Notes: generated by a model not told the origin, from the letters alone. Counted from the first letter of the stretch, positions 10,017-21,058 are shown. The stretch: DNA of 64,000 nucleotides from an uncultured Candidatus Cloacimonadota bacterium (GCA_964433675.1 CAYSSJ010000002.1:7471-71470); one strand, 5' to 3'. A program made the numbers and translations.

Positions 10017-11351
10017 TTAGACAGCGCCTTGGTCTATCATAGCGTTTGCCACTTTCATAAAACCGCCGATATTAGCGCCTTTTACATAGTCTATATAATC
10101 ACCGTCGGTCTTGCCGTAAGTGGTACATTGCTCGTGAATATTTTTCATGATCTGTTTCAGTTTTTCATCCACTTCTTCTCTCGTCCAGGAAATTCTGAGA
10201 CTGTTTTGTGACATTTCCAAACCGGAAGTAGAAACACCGCCTGCGTTGGCAGCTTTACCCGGTGCATACAGTACTTTTGCTTCTTGCAAAGCTTTGGCTG
10301 CTTCGGGAGTACATGGCATATTAGCACCTTCGGTAAGGCAGGTACAACCGTTTTTGATCAGATTCTTAGCATCTTCGAGATTGAGTTCGTTTTCGGTAGC
10401 ACAAGGTAGCGCCACGTCACATTTCACTTCCCAAGGTCGTTTGCCGGCATAGAAAGGCACACCGTATTCATCGGCATAATCCTGAACCATATCACGATTG
10501 CTGGCTCGCATCTGCAGGAGGAAATCAACCTTATCGCCTGTGATACCATCTTTGTCGTAAATATAACCATCCGGACCGGAGAGAGTAACTACCTTTCCGC
10601 CAAGTTCGTTCACTTTTTGGATAGCTCCCCAGGAAACATTACCGAAGCCGGAGACTGCTACGGTCTTACCTTCGAAATCTTCGTTGACGGTTTTCAACAT
10701 TTCCTGTGCGAAATAAACAGTGCCGAAACCGGTAGCTTCCGGTCTGATGAGACTGCCACCCCAATTCAATCCTTTACCGGTAAAGACGCCGGTAAATTCG
10801 TTCTTCAGTTTCTTATACATACCGAACATATAGCCGATCTCTCTACCACCGACACCAATATCACCGGCTGGTATATCGGTGTTTGGACCGATATGACGAT
10901 AAAGTTCAGACATGAATGAATGACAGAATTTCATGATCTCGCTATCTGATTTACCTTTGGCATTGAAATCACTACCACCTTTTCCGCCGCCCATGGGCAG
11001 GGTTGTCAGACTGTTTTTGAAGATCTGTTCGAATCCCAAGAATTTCAAAATGCTCAATGTAACGCTAGGATGAAAACGGATACCACCTTTGTATGGTCCG
11101 AGTGCGCTATTGAACTGAACTCGGTAGCCTCTGTTTACCTGATGCTCACCACGATCATCTACCCAAGGCACTCTGAAGATAATGATACGTTCTGGTTCTA
11201 CCATACGGTGTAAAATTTTTGCTTCTTTGAATCTCGGATTGGATTCATATACATCCCAAATAGATTCCACTACTTCCTGTACAGCTTGAAGATATTCTCT
11301 TTCTCCCGGGTTTTTGGACGCTACATGGTCCAAAAATGCCTGCATAGTCAT
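10017..11351 (-). CDS. gdh: Glutamate dehydrogenase, NAD-type signature
   Basis: GPYKGGIRFH, GGGKGG, DIPAGDIG, RPEATG; SGFGNVSWG and TLSGPDG as in the Clostridium symbiosum NAD-GDH type; GGAGG RBS before MTMQ. Confidence 0.92.
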   Translation of the reverse strand: MTMQAFLDHVASKNPGEREYLQAVQEVVESIWDVYESNPRFKEAKILHRMVEPERIIIFRVPWVDDRGEHQVNRGYRVQFNSALGPYKGGIRFHPSVTLSILKFLGFEQIFKNSLTTLPMGGGKGGSDFNAKGKSDSEIMKFCHSFMSELYRHIGPNTDIPAGDIGVGGREIGYMFGMYKKLKNEFTGVFTGKGLNWGGSLIRPEATGFGTVYFAQEMLKTVNEDFEGKTVAVSGFGNVSWGAIQKVNELGGKVVTLSGPDGYIYDKDGITGDKVDFLLQMRASNRDMVQDYADEYGVPFYAGKRPWEVKCDVALPCATENELNLEDAKNLIKNGCTCLTEGANMPCTPEAAKALQEAKVLYAPGKAANAGGVSTSGLEMSQNSLRISWTREEVDEKLKQIMKNIHEQCTTYGKTDGDYIDYVKGANIGGFMKVANAMIDQGAV

Positions 11352-11428
11352 AACGACCTCCATTTATTTATTCTTTTGAGTGCCTTTTAAAAAGAATTCA
11401 TTAAATTGTCAAGCTTAGTTAATTGGAT

Positions 11429-11462
11429 AAAAAAAAGAGTCTCAGCAATACTGAGACTCTTT
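11429..11462 (-). terminator. Intrinsic terminator between the two gdh genes
   Basis: AGAGTCTCAG-caata-CTGAGACTCT stem with a T-tract on the minus strand. Confidence 0.8.
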
Positions 11463-11483
11463 CTACTATAGAATCAGTCGAGT

Positions 11484-12866
<1,383 letters not shown>

Positions 12867-12926
12867 TCAACAACTTTTTACCTTGTAGGAGCATTTGATT
12901 GTATCTGTATGCATTGTCCTTGTTGA

Positions 12927-13856
12927 TTATTGGTCGATCTTTAAATGTTTTCTAATAAAATCGACTATTTCACTCATAGCCTCTGTAGCCTCTTTAAACA
13001 TTGGAGCCAATAGAGGATAGCAGTGAATCATATCTTTTCCGGGTCTGAACATTATATCAACAGCGGCTTCTTTTGCTTTTTGGTAGAATTTTTCTCCATC
13101 CTCATACAGTTCATCATCAACACCGGAATTTATTAAAATCGGTGGCAATCCTTTCAAATCTCCATATAATGGCGAGATTAGAGGGGATGTTGCATCGTTG
13201 TTTCCAACATAATAACGGCTGAAAACTGTCCATGAATTCAACGGTGCCGGCGACAACTTGTTTTTCGTTCTATATGACTCACTGGAACAAGTCAGATCTG
13301 TCCAAGGAGAAATTGCAACAGCAGCTGCCGGTAATGGGATATCCTTCTCTTTCAATGCGAGTAGAGTTGCCAAACACAAACCACCTCCGGCAGATTCGCC
13401 GGCAATAATAATATTTTCAGGTTCATAGCCGGAAGCTAGTAACCACCGATATACAGTAACCGAATCCTCTACTGCCGCAGGGGAAGGATTTTCCGGAGCA
13501 AGTCTGTATTCATATAGTAGATTTGTGACCAGAGTGAACATAGCGAATTTTGATATAATTCCTCTATGATCACTACAAGAACCGGCTACATATCCCCCAC
13601 CATGCACATACAAGATCATCTTCTCCGAATCAGCATTTTGTGGTATTATCCATTCGGCATTCATATCCTGTATTGATTCTTTTTTGATGGTTATTTCCTT
13701 GGGTAAATTACCAAATCTTTTTGCCCCTTGCTCACAACTTTCCCTAAATTTTGGGATAGAAGTATTGAAATCAAACACTTCTTTTCTTAACTTCCCTTGA
13801 AATATATGTCCATTCCTTATCATAAAGTTGAACATCTTACTTTTTAAACTTGTCAT
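12927..13856 (-). CDS. Alpha/beta hydrolase, HSL-family esterase
   Basis: YVHGGGY oxyanion motif, YRLAPE, GESAGG nucleophile, C-terminal His in MIHCY. Confidence 0.88.
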   Translation of the reverse strand: MTSLKSKMFNFMIRNGHIFQGKLRKEVFDFNTSIPKFRESCEQGAKRFGNLPKEITIKKESIQDMNAEWIIPQNADSEKMILYVHGGGYVAGSCSDHRGIISKFAMFTLVTNLLYEYRLAPENPSPAAVEDSVTVYRWLLASGYEPENIIIAGESAGGGLCLATLLALKEKDIPLPAAAVAISPWTDLTCSSESYRTKNKLSPAPLNSWTVFSRYYVGNNDATSPLISPLYGDLKGLPPILINSGVDDELYEDGEKFYQKAKEAAVDIMFRPGKDMIHCYPLLAPMFKEATEAMSEIVDFIRKHLKIDQ

Positions 13857-13889
13857 TGATTTCCTTTCTTGGCAATATTTTTTGTATTA

Positions 13890-14021
13890 CCGATAACGTT
13901 CGGCGTGTATGTGCAGTAGCGGATTAGACCTGTACTGAGCTTACCGAAGTAAGCACTTTTATGTTCGTTTAGCACAATGTTTTTCAGAAGCACAACGATT
14001 CACCTATCCCTCTGTTAGCAT
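13890..14021 (-). repeat. Degenerate attC-like cassette junction
   Basis: Minus strand: GCTAAC just after the S41 stop ... GTTATCGG before the esterase gene; arms pair poorly. Confidence 0.4.
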
Positions 14022-14029
14022 CTGAATAT

Positions 14030-15385
14030 TTAATTTTTGTTGATTATCATATCAATTGTGAAATCCAAGGCTTTTTCTTTTGACACGTTATAATCAGGTA
14101 ATGTTCCGTGATCATTTGCATCAGTTGCACCATAATGATAAAACTTCTTGTGTGAAACACCATAATAAAGTCCCGTATTGGGAAGTTTCTGGGTGATAAT
14201 ATCTCCAAAACAGACTGCTATTCCACCTGATTCTTCGCCAATGACAGTTCCCATGTTAAAATGATTGAAAGCCCATGAAAAACTTGCTGCCGAAGAAAAT
14301 GTATAATGACTGATCAGTAAATAAATATTGCCATTGTAGCGAAGACTATTTTCTCGAAGTTCAATCAACTCCGGATTTTCATTTAGAATTTCAATTCCAT
14401 TAGGATTTGTAACTTCCCGATCGTAATTTTCTTTATAATAGTGCTTTTGAATATCTGAAAATTTTACAATAGTTTTGCCGAATTGTGCAAATGGAACAGG
14501 AGAAATGTATTGAAACAGTTCATCGCCCAACCTTGAATTTCCACCGCCATTTTCGCGCATATCAATAATCAAGTTTTCAATGTTTTCTTTCTGTAAAACC
14601 TGAAAAGTAGAATCTAAAAACAATTTAAATTCATCTAAATCGCGAAACATTTTTATCTCAATAATGCCGATATTTTTGTCCGCTAAAATCCTGAAGGAAT
14701 GTGGCTCAAAAGATTCATGATCATTATTTTGCGAACTTTTTTCGTACCTTTCTTTATGTGGAATTCCATCTACTTGTACCGAATGCTTTTTCTGCTCAAA
14801 TTCATACTCAATATCAAAAAATCTCTCTCTATACAAGGCATAAAGCAGTGGTGTGAATAAAACTTCTAAACGCTCAGTTTTAAAAAAATCTTTTTCGCCA
14901 CTCACACAATTCATCATCTCTTGTACTATCTCTTCTGCCGGGCGATTGTTGATCTTTGTTATATGCCCTCCGATTGGTATTGCATTTTGTGATTGGGTAA
15001 AATCATTTTGGACAAAGATGGCTTTATCCGGGTATGTTACTTTTACATGAAAAGGAAATAGGACTATGTTTGCATCTTTTCCCAAATATTCGTCTGGGAA
15101 ATATGCACTAGTATGTCCATCGCCGAGTCTTACAATCAAAGGATTTATCTTTTTATAAAAGTAAAAAATGTCAGCCTCAGCTTTAAGCTCAGTTTTTAAC
15201 CTTTCAATCTCTTTTCCCAGTTTATGCATTGGATACTCTGCATAAATATTCACATGTACTTTCTCAATCGTAGAAAAAAGGATGTCAATATCCTGAATCA
15301 TTTTTTCTTTTGAAATACTTTTTATCTGTCCGAAAACATTTGTTATGAACAGAAATAAACTTAAACAAATAAATAGTCGTTTCAT
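14030..15385 (-). CDS. Secreted S41-family peptidase
   Basis: Signal peptide, LGDGHT, LIIDMRENGGG, TFSSAASF, GEESGG. Confidence 0.85.
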   Translation of the reverse strand: MKRLFICLSLFLFITNVFGQIKSISKEKMIQDIDILFSTIEKVHVNIYAEYPMHKLGKEIERLKTELKAEADIFYFYKKINPLIVRLGDGHTSAYFPDEYLGKDANIVLFPFHVKVTYPDKAIFVQNDFTQSQNAIPIGGHITKINNRPAEEIVQEMMNCVSGEKDFFKTERLEVLFTPLLYALYRERFFDIEYEFEQKKHSVQVDGIPHKERYEKSSQNNDHESFEPHSFRILADKNIGIIEIKMFRDLDEFKLFLDSTFQVLQKENIENLIIDMRENGGGNSRLGDELFQYISPVPFAQFGKTIVKFSDIQKHYYKENYDREVTNPNGIEILNENPELIELRENSLRYNGNIYLLISHYTFSSAASFSWAFNHFNMGTVIGEESGGIAVCFGDIITQKLPNTGLYYGVSHKKFYHYGATDANDHGTLPDYNVSKEKALDFTIDMIINKN

Positions 15386-15453
15386 ATAATTCTGTCTTTT
15401 GATTTTACTATCATCTTTGACTCCGATAATCTTTATTTTTAACTATCTAAAAA

Positions 15454-15526
15454 TTATCCCCAAATCAGTCAAGTTAATAAAACCTCATCGGCAAATTATT
15501 TTTAGAATGATTTTACCACCGAGAGC
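15454..15526 (-). repeat. Promoter-containing direct repeat, copy 1 of 3
   Basis: ccaaatcagtcaa..atcggcaaattatt..gaatgattttaccaccgagagc also at ~17437 and ~20889; minus strand reads TTGACT. Confidence 0.85.
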
Positions 15527-15845
15527 ATACTACTACGCCAAGGCTTCGTAGCACATGCAGAGAGAGTGAGAAGTTGAGAAAATGTGAATATGAGAGAGTT
15601 AGGATGCAAAAAGTGGTTAGGAGTATGGGAAGATAGGTTTGATTTTATCCACGAATTACACGAATTTTCACGAATATTCTTTTTTTTATTAACCACCGAG
15701 TTTCACCGAAGAGCACCGAGTTTTATTTATGTTTTAATCCTCTGTGCTCTCTGCGTTCTCTGTGGTTTTTCTATTTTAACAAAACTCCTGTATTCTGTTT
15801 TCTCAACTTCTCATCTTCCACCGATAAGATCTTGATATTCTTCAT

Positions 15846-17312
15846 CTAAACCCTCACATTATTTAAATCATGTTCAAAGGTTATATGCCAATGCAGTCCT
15901 GCTTTACAATAATACTCGATCTTCCCATTCAATTGATATTCGGTGAGGGCGAAAGCATTTTGCAAACCCATAGATTTTGATTGGCGCAGATCGACATCCG
16001 CAGGTAATCCCACCCCATTATCTTCCAATTTTAGAACGACTTTTTCATCCGATTGTTCAAACAATTTTATCTTGATTTGACCTTTGCCGCCGTTGGGAAA
16101 GGCATGTTTATAGATATTGGAGATCAATTCTGTGATGACCAAACTGAGTGGAATCGCCGTATCAATGGTTACATGTATTTTTTGCAGTTCATATTTCAAT
16201 TCCAGTTCGGAATTTGCATTTCGATAGCTACGCTGCAAATGACGAGTAACTTCCACAATATAATCTCCCAGATTTATCTGTGAAAGGTTTTGCGCTTCGT
16301 AGAGCATTTGATGGACGATCGCCATCGATTTTATCTTAGCGATGACTTCCCGATAAGTCTCGAATAATTTTTTATCATCTAACTGCTGTGCCTGTATCCT
16401 CAGCATGGAAGCGATCACCTGCATGTTGTTTTTGGTGCGATGATAAAGCTCTTTGAGCAACAGATTTTTTTCTTTAAGATTTTGATGGATTTTTTCTTCT
16501 GCTACTTTTATTCTGATAATATCAGCTTCCAATTCTTTGGTTTTTTCTTTTACTTTTGTTTCCAGCACTTCATTCATATTTTCTATTGTATTTCTTTCCT
16601 GATGGAGTTGATAACGAAAATAAAATTCCTTTCTTGTATAGAATTCCAAACAATAACCGCCGAACATCCCAAGCAAATTTGCACTTATCAAAAAGAAAAT
16701 GTTAATTTGAAAAACACTTGGATCTCCTGCATAACCAGCGATGTATGTTGCCAGATAAGATAACATAATTATAAGTCCTGCTAATGAACTCCAAATAAAA
16801 CGAAGTTTAATGAGAAGATAGCAGTAGATAAGCACAATGATAATTCCCACATAATAGGTTTGTTTACCAATTTCCGGTGCGATGATGATCATAAGTATTA
16901 TTCCAATTCCGGCAACACAGGAGGTCAAAAAAGCTGCAAACTGCCACCATTTTTGGAAATTTTTTGTGAATGACAGACTGAATAGGATCAGAATAATAGG
17001 AGAAACAATAAAGAACCTGATGATGTAAAGTTGCTCTTTTATCTGCGGTAAGGCATAAGCATCTAAAATAGCAAATAAAAAGTAATAAGTAATTCCCAAT
17101 AAAAAAGAAATCCTTAGAAATCCGAGAGATGAGTGATAATAATCTTTTTGAAATTCACCTTCCAGTTCGTCAGGAAAGCTCAATGTTATTGGGTTCAGTT
17201 TTACATCAAAAATCCCTTCCTGCAATTTATTGAAGACTAAATAAAATAAATTAAATTCCTTAATTTTATGATTCATCCTTTGAAGAATTCCCAAAATTTT
17301 TTTCATTATCAC
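15846..17312 (-). CDS. Membrane sensor histidine kinase, HisKA_2 family (start uncertain)
   Basis: About six TM helices, coiled coil, H-box ELYHRTKNN, ELISNIYKHAF, EDNGVG, GLQ. Confidence 0.85.
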   Translation of the reverse strand: MIMKKILGILQRMNHKIKEFNLFYLVFNKLQEGIFDVKLNPITLSFPDELEGEFQKDYYHSSLGFLRISFLLGITYYFLFAILDAYALPQIKEQLYIIRFFIVSPIILILFSLSFTKNFQKWWQFAAFLTSCVAGIGIILMIIIAPEIGKQTYYVGIIIVLIYCYLLIKLRFIWSSLAGLIIMLSYLATYIAGYAGDPSVFQINIFFLISANLLGMFGGYCLEFYTRKEFYFRYQLHQERNTIENMNEVLETKVKEKTKELEADIIRIKVAEEKIHQNLKEKNLLLKELYHRTKNNMQVIASMLRIQAQQLDDKKLFETYREVIAKIKSMAIVHQMLYEAQNLSQINLGDYIVEVTRHLQRSYRNANSELELKYELQKIHVTIDTAIPLSLVITELISNIYKHAFPNGGKGQIKIKLFEQSDEKVVLKLEDNGVGLPADVDLRQSKSMGLQNAFALTEYQLNGKIEYYCKAGLHWHITFEHDLNNVRV

Positions 17313-17436
17313 TACTTCTCAGTTAGCTGCGCTGAAGAGCTACCTTCGAAAAAGAGCAAATGCGCAAGATTTTGCATAATTACTATTACATCTACTATAA
17401 AATATTACTGCCATAATTTATCTATTTATAAATACT

Positions 17437-17524
17437 CCCAAATCAGTCAAGTGAATAAAACCTCATCGGCAAATTATTTTTAGAATGATTTTACCACCGA
17501 GAGCTCCGAATACACCGAGTTTTT
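17437..17524 (-). repeat. Promoter-containing direct repeat, copy 2 of 3
   Basis: Near-identical to 15458-15526 and 20893-20986. Confidence 0.85.
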
Positions 17525-17585
17525 TGTTTAATGACCTCTTTTGTGTCGGATATGGCATAATTTCTCTTGTTCATTTTGGCATGAA

Positions 17586-17715
17586 GTCTAACATCCTGAA
17601 ATATATGCAGTTGCCGATTGCGGAGTGCTTTCCTGTCGAACCCCACTGCAGTTGTTGCAGGCGGCGAACTTCCAATTCAGCACGGAAACGGCAATTGATA
17701 TATTTTTTGTTGGCA
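17586..17715 (-). repeat. attC-like site
   Basis: Minus strand: GCCAAC-aaaaaatatat-caattgccg ... cggcaactg-c-atatatttcaggat-GTTAGAC; imperfect hairpin with extrahelical bases; GTTAGAC fits GTTRRRY. Confidence 0.6.
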
Positions 17716-17734
17716 ACAGTATTTCCTTTCATCA

Positions 17735-18292
17735 TCAAAATTTTACTGTTAATTTTTCCGCTAGTTCTTCTGGTATAGAAGAATTCGCTTTTATTAACGT
17801 CTCTTTGTCAATGAGTGAGATAGTTGGTATAATATTTCTTACCTTTTTGATAATATCATTGTCGATAGCAAATAATTCTTCAACTAATTTGCTTGCAGCG
17901 GTATATTTAGGATCGCTGGATGTCCAGATACCGTGGCGATTATCTCTTGTATATTCAATGGAAAATAAGTTTGCAAGTCCTTCTTCTAGACAATTTGCCG
18001 ATTTTATTCCAGTTGGACTTAAACAATGAATTAACTCGTGGGAGACTTGAAAAACAGCTCGATTTAAGTCATTGATACAGCTTAACGATATTTGGATAAC
18101 GATATTCTTACAATCTCCAGGATACCAAATTCTAGGATGTCCATCTTGGTTAAACTCGACCCCTAATATTGAATATGATTTGTCCCGTTCTCCAAATCTT
18201 TTTTCTGCTTCTTGCAGTATATGTCCTATTTTAGACGTAATTGTCCAAGTGTAGCCATTCTGAAAAGGATGAGAAGTAAAAATTGAACTCAT
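17735..18292 (-). CDS. Putative Zn-metallopeptidase (HExxH...E)
   Basis: FQVSHELIHCL followed by LEEGLA; no signal peptide. Confidence 0.65.
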   Translation of the reverse strand: MSSIFTSHPFQNGYTWTITSKIGHILQEAEKRFGERDKSYSILGVEFNQDGHPRIWYPGDCKNIVIQISLSCINDLNRAVFQVSHELIHCLSPTGIKSANCLEEGLANLFSIEYTRDNRHGIWTSSDPKYTAASKLVEELFAIDNDIIKKVRNIIPTISLIDKETLIKANSSIPEELAEKLTVKF

Positions 18293-18301
18293 AGATTTAT
18301 G

Positions 18302-18883
18302 CTAATTAATTAGTAATGTTATGATTGCACCTAAGATTGCACCAATTATACCGCTAATGAAATGATCGCGTAATTTAGACTTCCAACTATTTGAGTTTTT
18401 AATTTCATCCCGCAATTCGTTAATTGTCTTTGACTGTTTTTCAATTGTGTTTGCTAAAACATCTAGAGATTTACTACTCGAAGATATTGTTGTGAGCTTT
18501 AGCTTAATCCCTTCTGCAGTCATTGGTCGAATTTGCTCTCCAATTCGTTGGAAAACTGAACCTGCTGAAAAGACCATTTCATTAGATTTTTCAACATTGA
18601 TTATGAAAACATTTTTATTATCAATAGCTATAACTTCAGTGTTAATATTCGGAATTGGTTTTAATGCAGTTCTTGCCCTTTCAATTATGGATTGAATTCT
18701 TTCGGTGTCTACTCCAACAATTTCTATTGGTTCTCTTACCCCAACTACAATCTGACCGCCTTTGTTGTTTGCGAATGAACCAATAATTTTAGATAATAAA
18801 ATTGGGTCACGGAGGTCAGCTTTAAGTTCAAAAGTTTCGCTTTCTCCTTGGTTTATTTTTTCAATTAATTGTTCTGCTGTCAT
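18302..18883 (-). CDS. Schlafen/AlbA_2-domain protein with coiled coil and C-terminal TM helix
   Basis: GESETFELKA, SFANNKGGQIVVGV, FQRIGEQ; C-terminal FISGIIGAILGAIITLLI. Confidence 0.82.
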   Translation of the reverse strand: MTAEQLIEKINQGESETFELKADLRDPILLSKIIGSFANNKGGQIVVGVREPIEIVGVDTERIQSIIERARTALKPIPNINTEVIAIDNKNVFIINVEKSNEMVFSAGSVFQRIGEQIRPMTAEGIKLKLTTISSSSKSLDVLANTIEKQSKTINELRDEIKNSNSWKSKLRDHFISGIIGAILGAIITLLIN

Positions 18884-18901
18884 TGTAGATGTCGTTTTGT
18901 T

Positions 18902-18942
18902 AATATTGCTGCCAAACGTTTTATATACATCATGTTACCGGC
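18902..18942 (-). repeat. Internally deleted attC-like junction
   Basis: Minus strand: GCCGGTAAC, then 16 nt, then GTTTGGCAGCAATATT, between the REase stop and the AlbA start. Confidence 0.5.
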
Positions 18943-18949
18943 TGGGCTT

Positions 18950-19702
18950 CTATTTTTCAGTCTTTGGATCAATTATCGCTGAGTTAAAACGAACTAATTT
19001 TTCCCAATCAATTTCTCCGTTGTCTTTGCAAAAATTGTTCGAAAATTCTCTTGTAAATATGTTTATCATTTGAGAATACGATTCTACAAATTCTTCATTC
19101 TTTTCTTTTGCTTTATGACCCAATGGTTCAATGATTTTAGTGTAAAGTTCTGTGTTACCTGAAATGAACTTCCAAAATCTTTGCCCACAATATTTGAAGT
19201 AATCTCCTTTGTCGGGTTTGTTATCTCTGCCGTAGCAACAGCCATTAACTGCAACAACATTAAGTTGCGAACAGCTTGTTCTTAACGTCCTTTTGGCTGT
19301 TTTGAAATCGGCAACCATTTTAGCAATTTGTGAACTGTTGCCCCAGTTCGGACCTGATTTAATTGTTACAATGTTTCTCGCACCATTGTTGTCAAATTCC
19401 AAGTCAATACCTATAATACCTGATTTATAACCACCATAAACTTTACCGTTTATGAAAATTGCAAGTCCTTCAAGCCAATCGCCAAAAATTGTTTCTTCGT
19501 TTGACGAAATGTGTGCATCAGCAATGCCACGAATAATTTGTTCAGCTGTTAATACATACTTTGCTTTGAATAAATATGGGTTCTTGCGTTTTAGAACTTG
19601 TGAGAGCTTCAATGCTTTAAGGCTTTGAATACGTTTTTGGTGAAATATTCCTATATTATGCTCAACGTATTGCGATACGTCTTTAAGGTTTAGCTTTTTC
19701 AT
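18950..19702 (-). CDS. Type II restriction endonuclease, PmeII-like family
   Basis: RKNPYLF, SSNEETIFG, GIDLE..IKSGPNWGNSSQ (PD-(D/E)xK-like), YCGQRFW; overlaps the MTase gene. Confidence 0.78.
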   Translation of the reverse strand: MKKLNLKDVSQYVEHNIGIFHQKRIQSLKALKLSQVLKRKNPYLFKAKYVLTAEQIIRGIADAHISSNEETIFGDWLEGLAIFINGKVYGGYKSGIIGIDLEFDNNGARNIVTIKSGPNWGNSSQIAKMVADFKTAKRTLRTSCSQLNVVAVNGCCYGRDNKPDKGDYFKYCGQRFWKFISGNTELYTKIIEPLGHKAKEKNEEFVESYSQMINIFTREFSNNFCKDNGEIDWEKLVRFNSAIIDPKTEK

Positions 19703-20540
19703 ACTTTGCTTTCGGTTCAAATAAATACAGTTCAACAGGTTTTAATTGTTGCCTTACCATTTCGTAGTATTCTGGAACAATGTCAATACCGATTGAATTT
19801 CTTTCCATTCTGTTTGCAACTACTAATGTTGTTCCTGAACCCATAAATGGGTCAAGAACTGTGTCGTTTACTTTAGTGAATAATTTGATAAACCATTCAG
19901 GAAGTTCTTCGGGAAATGTAGCACTATGATTTTTATTATTACATTCTGTTGCCAAGTGTAAAACATTGGTTGGATATGCTTTGTCCCTGTTTAACCAATT
20001 TGAAATGTTTTTACCAAACCCACTTCCAACTTTTGAATTATAACGGATTTTATCTGTGTCAGAAAGGTTTTTAAGTCTTGATTTTGTCCAATTACCCATT
20101 GGAACCCTAACTTCGTCCTGATACATATTGAATTTACGGTCTTTGTTGAATTGCAAAAGTCGTTCCCAAGCGTCACGGAAACGATTTGGCCACTTTCCTG
20201 GATAACAGTTTTTCTTATGCCAAATAAATTCTTCAGTCCAAAGCCAACCTTGTTTTCTCATTTCAAGAATGAGTTCAATTACGTAGGTGCTACGCTCTCC
20301 TTTAACTACTCTTTCTTTAATGTTAAGAATAAAAGTTCCAGTTGGTTTAAGAACGCGTAAGAGTTGCTCTGAGATAGGTAAAAACCATTGAACGTATTTG
20401 TCGGGATGAATACCACCGTAAGTGTTTTTTCGTTGGTCGGCATAGGGTGGGGAAGTTACAATTAAGTCCACTGATTTGTCGGGCAGTAACTTTAATTGCT
20501 CTTTGCTGTCACCCAAGTATAAGTCCGTTTTTATCTCCAT
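19683..20540 (-). CDS. Beta-class N4-C/N6-A DNA methyltransferase
   Basis: Motif IV TSPPY near the N-terminus, HSATFP, motif I DPFMGSGTT near the C-terminus. Confidence 0.92.
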   Translation of the reverse strand: MEIKTDLYLGDSKEQLKLLPDKSVDLIVTSPPYADQRKNTYGGIHPDKYVQWFLPISEQLLRVLKPTGTFILNIKERVVKGERSTYVIELILEMRKQGWLWTEEFIWHKKNCYPGKWPNRFRDAWERLLQFNKDRKFNMYQDEVRVPMGNWTKSRLKNLSDTDKIRYNSKVGSGFGKNISNWLNRDKAYPTNVLHLATECNNKNHSATFPEELPEWFIKLFTKVNDTVLDPFMGSGTTLVVANRMERNSIGIDIVPEYYEMVRQQLKPVELYLFEPKAKYEKAKP

Positions 20541-20654
20541 TTTTTTATTGTCCTAAGTAATTTAGCAAATTAACTTTTTTATTCGTTTCAATCTTCCGAA
20601 AATATCCCAAAGTTGTCAACGGTCTGCACCAGTCGGGATTGTTTTTTTAGCCTT

Positions 20655-20765
20655 GCCGGTAACTTCCACATATACGCCATATGTCGTATATTCTGCCATA
20701 TTGGCATATAACACGAATGTTTTATTCTGTTATTTTTCATATATCCGAAAAAACGGGTTACCGGT
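20655..20765 (-). repeat. attC-like site upstream of the R-M cassette
   Basis: CCGGTAAC ... GTTACCGG terminal inverted repeat around ~95 nt. Confidence 0.5.
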
Positions 20766-20888
20766 AATTTAATGGTTGTTTGAATACTATTTGCGATAAA
20801 TTGACCTCCTCGCTTTGCTTCACATAGCCTTCCTTTTGTTTTTACCATCACCTTTTCTCCAATAACTTAATCATAGGCAATTTAAATA

Positions 20889-21058
20889 TTATCCCCAAAT
20901 CAGTCAAACGAAAAAAAACTAATCGGCAAATTATTCTATTCTCCGGAATGATTTTACCACCGAGAGCTCCGAATACACCGAGTTTTATTTATGTTTTAAT
21001 CCTCTGTGTTCTCTGTGGTTTTTCTATTTTGACAAAACTCCTGTATTCCGTATTCTGT
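20889..21058 (-). repeat. Promoter-containing direct repeat, copy 3, plus accaccgag..ctctgtggtt element
   Basis: Matches copies 1 and 2; minus strand TTGACT-N17-TAAATT; 20955-21058 also matches ~15692-15800. Confidence 0.85.

Noticed and set aside
17525-17585. Gene downstream of the attC-like site at 17586
   Set aside because: Only a short stub before the repeat; at most a truncated cassette remnant
20588-20851. 87-aa ORF upstream of the MTase as an R-M controller protein
   Set aside because: No HTH features; it runs across the attC-like hairpin
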